Positions 52,643 to 57,749 of a DNA stretch of 57,749 bases are shown here, one piece after another. Every line of letters begins with the position of its first letter. Within the stretch, counting starts at the first letter, position 1. The notes beneath the pieces were generated by a model. That model did not search any database. It was not told where the DNA came from and saw only the letters and a list, made by a program, of their open reading frames with translations. Source of the DNA: Octopus bimaculoides (Eukaryota); assembly GCF_001194135.2 (NCBI RefSeq), contig NC_068988.1, forward strand, positions 67,962,200-68,019,948. Direction: 5' to 3'. The position numbers were made by a program, and so were the translations under genes.

Positions 52643-53520
52643 GGGGAATTCACAAAAAAACAAAAGACAAAGACAGGTGGCGTAGTCAACAAAAAGATGT
52701 ATTAGTTTAACGCTCGGGAAGTGAAAAAATCTTTAACGTTTCGAGCCTACACTCTTCCATAGAAAGGAACACAGAAAGAAACAGGGAGAGAAAATAAAGA
52801 ATGTGTAGTGGCTAGCGATCTATCATGTCGAATGCCGGACAGGGAGGTCACACAGGAGACCTAGGAAGAAGGGGAGATATTAAAGTGGTAGTGATCCCAA
52901 ACCGATACTGCGCGTGCGTGTGTATAAGAGAGCATGTATGTACGTGTGGAAGAGGGCTGGTGACCTTGACATGTGCGTGTGTGCATGTGTCGGTATGAGG
53001 ATAATAATGTGGGTGCTGGGAAGAGGTCAGTGCTAATGTGTGTGTGTGGTGGTGTGATGTGGTGTAGGAAATGAATAACTTTTGGTGACGCATTGTGTAA
53101 TACTACTTTAAAGAAACTTATTGCGAGACGATATAAGGTAAACAATGAAAATTAAAACAAAACAGAGTGGTAAGTTTCCCATATATTTCTAAATACCGGG
53201 GCTATGAACCCTTCTTAAGGAAATGTTCAAAAGCAAGGAATGGAACGGCGTTGCTCACATGTGTGTGGGAAGAAGGAGGAAGAAGAAGAAGAAGGGAGGT
53301 GATCTTCCCAGGCCGGTGTTGTTATAGTATCCGGTCTGTTTCAAGCAGTTCATTTCTGTCATTCATTGTTGGTCTCAGTTTGTTGATAAGAAGAGCCACC
53401 ATGATATTATGATCAACCACCGTCATTCTGTGACTGACGGTGAGTGGTTATGATGGTTGCCATGAAATCCTGGGTCTGACACTTCTTTGGATGTTTTTTG
53501 GACTGAAAAACGTTCGCCGC
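52643..53520 (-). mobile_element. Penelope-like element 3' end (GIY-YIG tail plus pseudo-LTR)
   Basis: VDHNIMVALLINKLRPTMNDRNELLETDRIL* near 53310-53420 resembles the PLE EAL.I....P.LN tail; a hammerhead-like motif follows at 52731-52766. Confidence 0.65.
52731..52766 (-). ncRNA. Degenerate minimal hammerhead motif
   Basis: CUUU-CUAUGGA-A-GAGU(GUAG)GCUC-GAA-ACGU-U-AAAG. The architecture is intact but the core CUGANGA is mutated. Confidence 0.5.
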
Positions 53521-54026
53521 CTTTAAATGTATTTACATTTCAATGTATTTACATTGGCAAATATTTTAGAGAGTCAGAACTAATATCAGACATTATTTCA
53601 TATATTAACTAGCTATTCTGGTTTGCATTCCAGCTAAGGTCACTCCCTGGAGCTTATACTGTAAAACAGAAATACTAAAATTATGCATCACTAGAAAACT
53701 GCTTTCCTTGATTATTGGCAGAATCGTTAGGGCGTATAACAAAATACCTTACTTTCCGATTTCCAGTATTGGGGAAATCATCTCTTAGCTTTATTATTGA
53801 TATAATAAAAGTGAAGCTAAATATTGACATCGATGTGATCGTCTAACACGTTCTACAATATTCTCGCATTGTACCTATGTTAGAAACAATTATATATCCA
53901 TCAGTGAATGATACAGTTCGGTGTGTTTGTTGAAATAGTGTGGGGGGTATTAGTAAGCATTTGTTTAAAACTGTATAGAGAGTGTTGTCAAAGAAACGGA
54001 ACAACATTACAGTATATTTAGTGTTT

Positions 54027-54247
54027 TGCGAGGTTATGTTGAAAGGTTTCTTGCTTTGTGCAAAAGACAACACAGGAGGATCAGTTAATTATGATTTTTT
54101 TAGACATATTCTCCTCACAGATTCACACATTTATTGCGGCGATTCTTCAGTTTTTCTAAGCCACGTAGAAAAGCTCCCAAATTTCGGTTTCCATCCAGGC
54201 TTTTCGTGATACTCTTAAAGCCAAGAACTTTACAGTATCTCCTCGTA
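54027..54247 (-). mobile_element. Mariner-derived MITE (about 220 bp)
   Basis: Degenerate inverted ends TGCGAGGTTATGTTGAAAGGTTTCTTGCTTT and AAAGCCAAGAACTTTACAGTATCTCCTCGTA; the interior encodes the mariner C-terminus FLRGLEKLKNRRNKCVNL*GEYV. Confidence 0.75.
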
Positions 54248-54450
54248 CTTTGGTACGAAACTTCGATATAATTGGTATAAATAGAGACATGTAAATTTGT
54301 TGCATGTATTCCCTTACGGTGGAAAGATAGGAAATAATTGACTGCAGGCAGAGTTTGAATATGCAGAGTGATAAGAGAATAATACAATATTTAATCCACA
54401 CCACAAAAAAAATTGTCAAGGAAATATTCAACAATATGGGAAGATAAAAG

Positions 54451-54452
54451 TA

Positions 54453-54518
<66 letters not shown>

Positions 54519-54545
54519 GCTACTGCAACTGCTGCTGCTGTTGCT
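54451..54545. repeat. (TAC)n/(CTG)n microsatellite
   Basis: Direct read. Confidence 0.95.
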
Positions 54546-55965
54546 GGTGATTTCACTAGACTTTGCTAGAAACCACAGCACCAATACAACTTTCACTACT
54601 TTTACAGATTTACACCTGAAGCGTACTTTCTAATTTGAAACAAAAGATAGAAATTTGTATTAATTAATTTTTAACAATTTAATATAAAGTTTGTTTCAAT
54701 ATTCAAGGAAAACTAAAACAAAAATTAAAATGAAGAACGAGATAATGTTATAAGAGATTTAAAAAGTTGGACAATGGAAATATGTAAAACAAAAGCAATA
54801 GACAATAAGACGTTGAACAAATGCAGAAAATTCATTATTGAAAATATCACCATTTTAGGAAGTAACTGTTTCTTTGATTTTGTATTAGATTATTTCATCC
54901 ATTGTAACTTGTGCGTGCGTTATAAATATGATTAATTAAATACGCATATGAAGCCATGTAAATGTGTATATATGCATGCTACACACACACACACTCACAG
55001 ACATACACACACGCACGCACACAAAGCAATATTTTGTGCATGCATACATACATGCATTTCTAATATTCTGCTTACACGTACTCATAGCTACGCGTGCTCA
55101 CAGAAATACAAATTCGGGCACACACTCCAACGTGCATATATCTATGTATATGCTTACGATATTACTAGAACCTGTGCTTGTGTCCGTCGATCCGACTGTC
55201 CAATAATCATATACACACTTCAGATCAAAACGATTTCCAACTAATTTATTTTATTGTATTTTATTGATGAGGGAAGGAACGCATTGCCCATAACACAACC
55301 AGCTGGCACCCAACGGGTCAGGTTGTGGTGTTTGAACGGGTTAAGTTTACTGCTCATGTAGACTATGACAAGCTTTGAATTTAGATGACAAAAAACGGAG
55401 TAAATGAGGCTTATCGTCTGTGATTCTATCAGACCCAACAACTTTCTATCATGTGCTGATATCTTATTTTCTCGACGTGCAGAGGATGAAAGCTAGAAAT
55501 TGGCTTCTTCGGGATTTGAAGTTAGAGGCAGAGATTTGGTTGGATTTATGTCGATCTATTGATGTAGTAGTCTAACAAACAATAAATAAATATTTTGAAA
55601 ACTATAGGAAAAAACAAAACTTATAGAATTATGAACAAGTTACTTTGAGATATTTGGCTTCAAATTTTGGTACAAAGAGAACAGCGTCAAGTAGCGAGCT
55701 TCAATTAATTACATCGACTCCAGTGCTCAACTAGGACCTTTTCTGCTTAGCTCACACTTTTCAATTCCTTTAATTTAGTTGAAATTTATTCCAAATTTGG
55801 TGTACTGACGTAGTGTGGTATGTTAATTATGGCAATGAAAATCATGCTTGCCATATCTTAATATTTGAAAACTGAATAAAGCGGTGAGCTGGCAAAAACT
55901 TTAGCACGTCGTGCGAAATGCTTAACGATATTTCGTCTGTCTTTACGTTTAAATTTCGCAACCTA

Positions 55966-56466
55966 GTTCAGATTGGCGGTACTGGGAAGACGGCAGAGAT
56001 AGATGAAATCGTCTTGTCAAAACGTAAATACAACCGAGAAAGAGGGATACCTGAGCAGTGAAATTTCGGAGTTGTTTGTCACAAGACCAGGCATGTTTTT
56101 CTTTATACGGCGTCCTATCGAAATCGAGATACCCTGGAGGGATGCAAACGTCGGTCGATTCTTCTACGAACCGCAATTTTCAATGATTTGTGGAGGGCCT
56201 GCTTTTGCATTCCTGAACTTGATGGTTATAATTTTCGATATAGCAGAGTGAACAACAGCGCTGGGATTATTAACTCGAAAGATGTTACCCACGCGCAAGA
56301 GGTGGAAAGCACATTAATCTCTGTAAAACGACATAATAAAAGATACAGTGGCACCCCACTTTCTCTGGTTGACTCGTATCTCTGCGAATTTATATGGTGC
56401 AGGAGATACGAAAATTGTAGTTTGTTTGACAAACTCCTAGACTGCATTGAACACTCCCGTTTTTGA
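55966..56466 (+). mobile_element. Merlin (IS1595/IS1016-like) DDE transposase domain, pseudogenised
   Basis: One frame: IGGTGKTAEIDE..KRKYNRER..Q*NFG..IFNDLWRA..VNNS..THAQEVES..DSYLCEFIW..LFDKLLDCI. The single stop TGA at 56059-56061 falls at the conserved W. Confidence 0.93.
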
Positions 56467-57344
56467 ATTTTCACTGCAAAGTACATATAATTAACATCAA
56501 CTAAACTACAGTTTGCATTTTGTTCGTAATTTAACGTTCAGCTTTTTCTTTTATTTTTTGTTTTTGTATATTTTCTCATAAATCATTCATTGAGGATGCT
56601 TCCTTTTACTATTGTTCACATTCCTCGCAAAAATAAATAGATAAATTAATTAATTAAAGCTTATTAAAACTTCCGTCGTTTAATGATTTGTCGTTATAAT
56701 CTTTTCACAGTCCGCAAAATACCAGCTTCCAAATCTTGTTTTCTGGTTGAGTGGAAATACTCAAACATTAAAACCTCTGTAATATTTTTTCTAAACAATT
56801 TCTGGCACAAATTAATTGCAACACCAGATTACACCTAAACCATTAGAGCAATATGTCAAATGCGAAAGCTTTCACTTAATTTTAAAATTTGAAGAAAGTG
56901 TGAGCCAAAAAGAAAATTCCCTCAGCTTGTATTTATTTTATTGACGCCAAAAGGATGAAAGGCAAGATAGACTCTGGCGGTATTTTAAGTCAAATGTGAA
57001 GTCGGAAAAAATGCTGCGCATCATATCGTTCGGCGTGGTAGAAATTCACCACAGGATATCCACTTTAGTACGCTGATTTGGATGTTCATTCTTGTAGAGA
57101 GTGATATGACAGTATCATCCAAAGAAGGGCTTTCTCAAAATAATCACCTGAAGAAGCAAATTTTACACCTATGAAGGATTACGTAATTCTTAAAGTTATC
57201 GTCTCCTGAACGTACGACGAGTGTGACGCTATGTGGAAACATACGTAGTGATGCAAAAATGTTCATCCATTTAATTTTCTCTTATTTTTCTAGTTCTGTA
57301 TATATATATATATATATNNNNNNNNNNGTGTGTGTGTAAATATA

Positions 57345-57735
57345 TCTGTATTTTGGTTGGCACTCCGTCGGTTACGATGACGAGGGTTCCAGTTGATCCT
57401 GTCAACGGAACAGCCTGCTCGTGAAATTAACGTGCAAGTGGCTGAGCATTCTACAGACACGTGTACCCTTAACGTAGTTCTCGGGGAAGATTTACCGTGA
57501 CACAGAGTGTGACAAGGCTGACCCTTTGAAATACAGGTACAACAGAAGCAGGAAGATAGAGTGACAGAAAGTTGTGGTGAAACAGTACAGCAGGGTTCGC
57601 CACGACCCCCTGCCAGAGTGTCGTGGAGCTTTAGGTGTTTTCGCTCAATAAACATTCACAACGCCCGGTCTTGGAATCGAAACGTGGAGCCGCAATGGCT
57701 CAGTGGTTAGGGTAGCGGACTCGCGGTCGTATGAT
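57345..57735 (-). mobile_element. tRNA-derived SINE family C with its 5' head inverted
   Basis: The tail is shared with family D. The B box is on the minus strand (57673-57683) but the A-box segment is on the plus strand (57684-57735). Confidence 0.85.
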
Positions 57736-57749
57736 ATATGTATATATAT

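Overview
AT-rich, repeat-dense eukaryotic DNA with many (TA)n/(CA)n/trinucleotide microsatellites and assembly N-gaps. The SINE set resembles octopus (cephalopod) repeats; that taxon call is inference from memory, not a search. I found no supportable host gene, so this looks intergenic or deep intronic. Most of the ORF track is microsatellite or gap artefact. Recognisable content: a complete 515-bp deleted Tc1 element, mariner/rosa relics, a Merlin (IS1595-like) DDE domain, an hATm-like transposase relic, R4/Dong, RTE, Penelope-like and probable L1/Tx1 and piggyBac fragments, several tRNA-derived SINE families and a 5S rRNA pseudogene. The most interesting locus is 46.9-47.8 kb. It holds a tRNA-headed, (AAT)n-containing element ending in a minimal hammerhead-ribozyme motif, with an R4/Dong 3' end inserted in its TAA tract and an inverted second tRNA head; an uninterrupted partial copy sits at 21.2 kb. 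Also notable are a 5S-pseudogene/CORE-SINE fusion, a SINE with its 5' head inverted in place, and a 238-bp near-perfect hairpin. Family letters A-H are my own labels.
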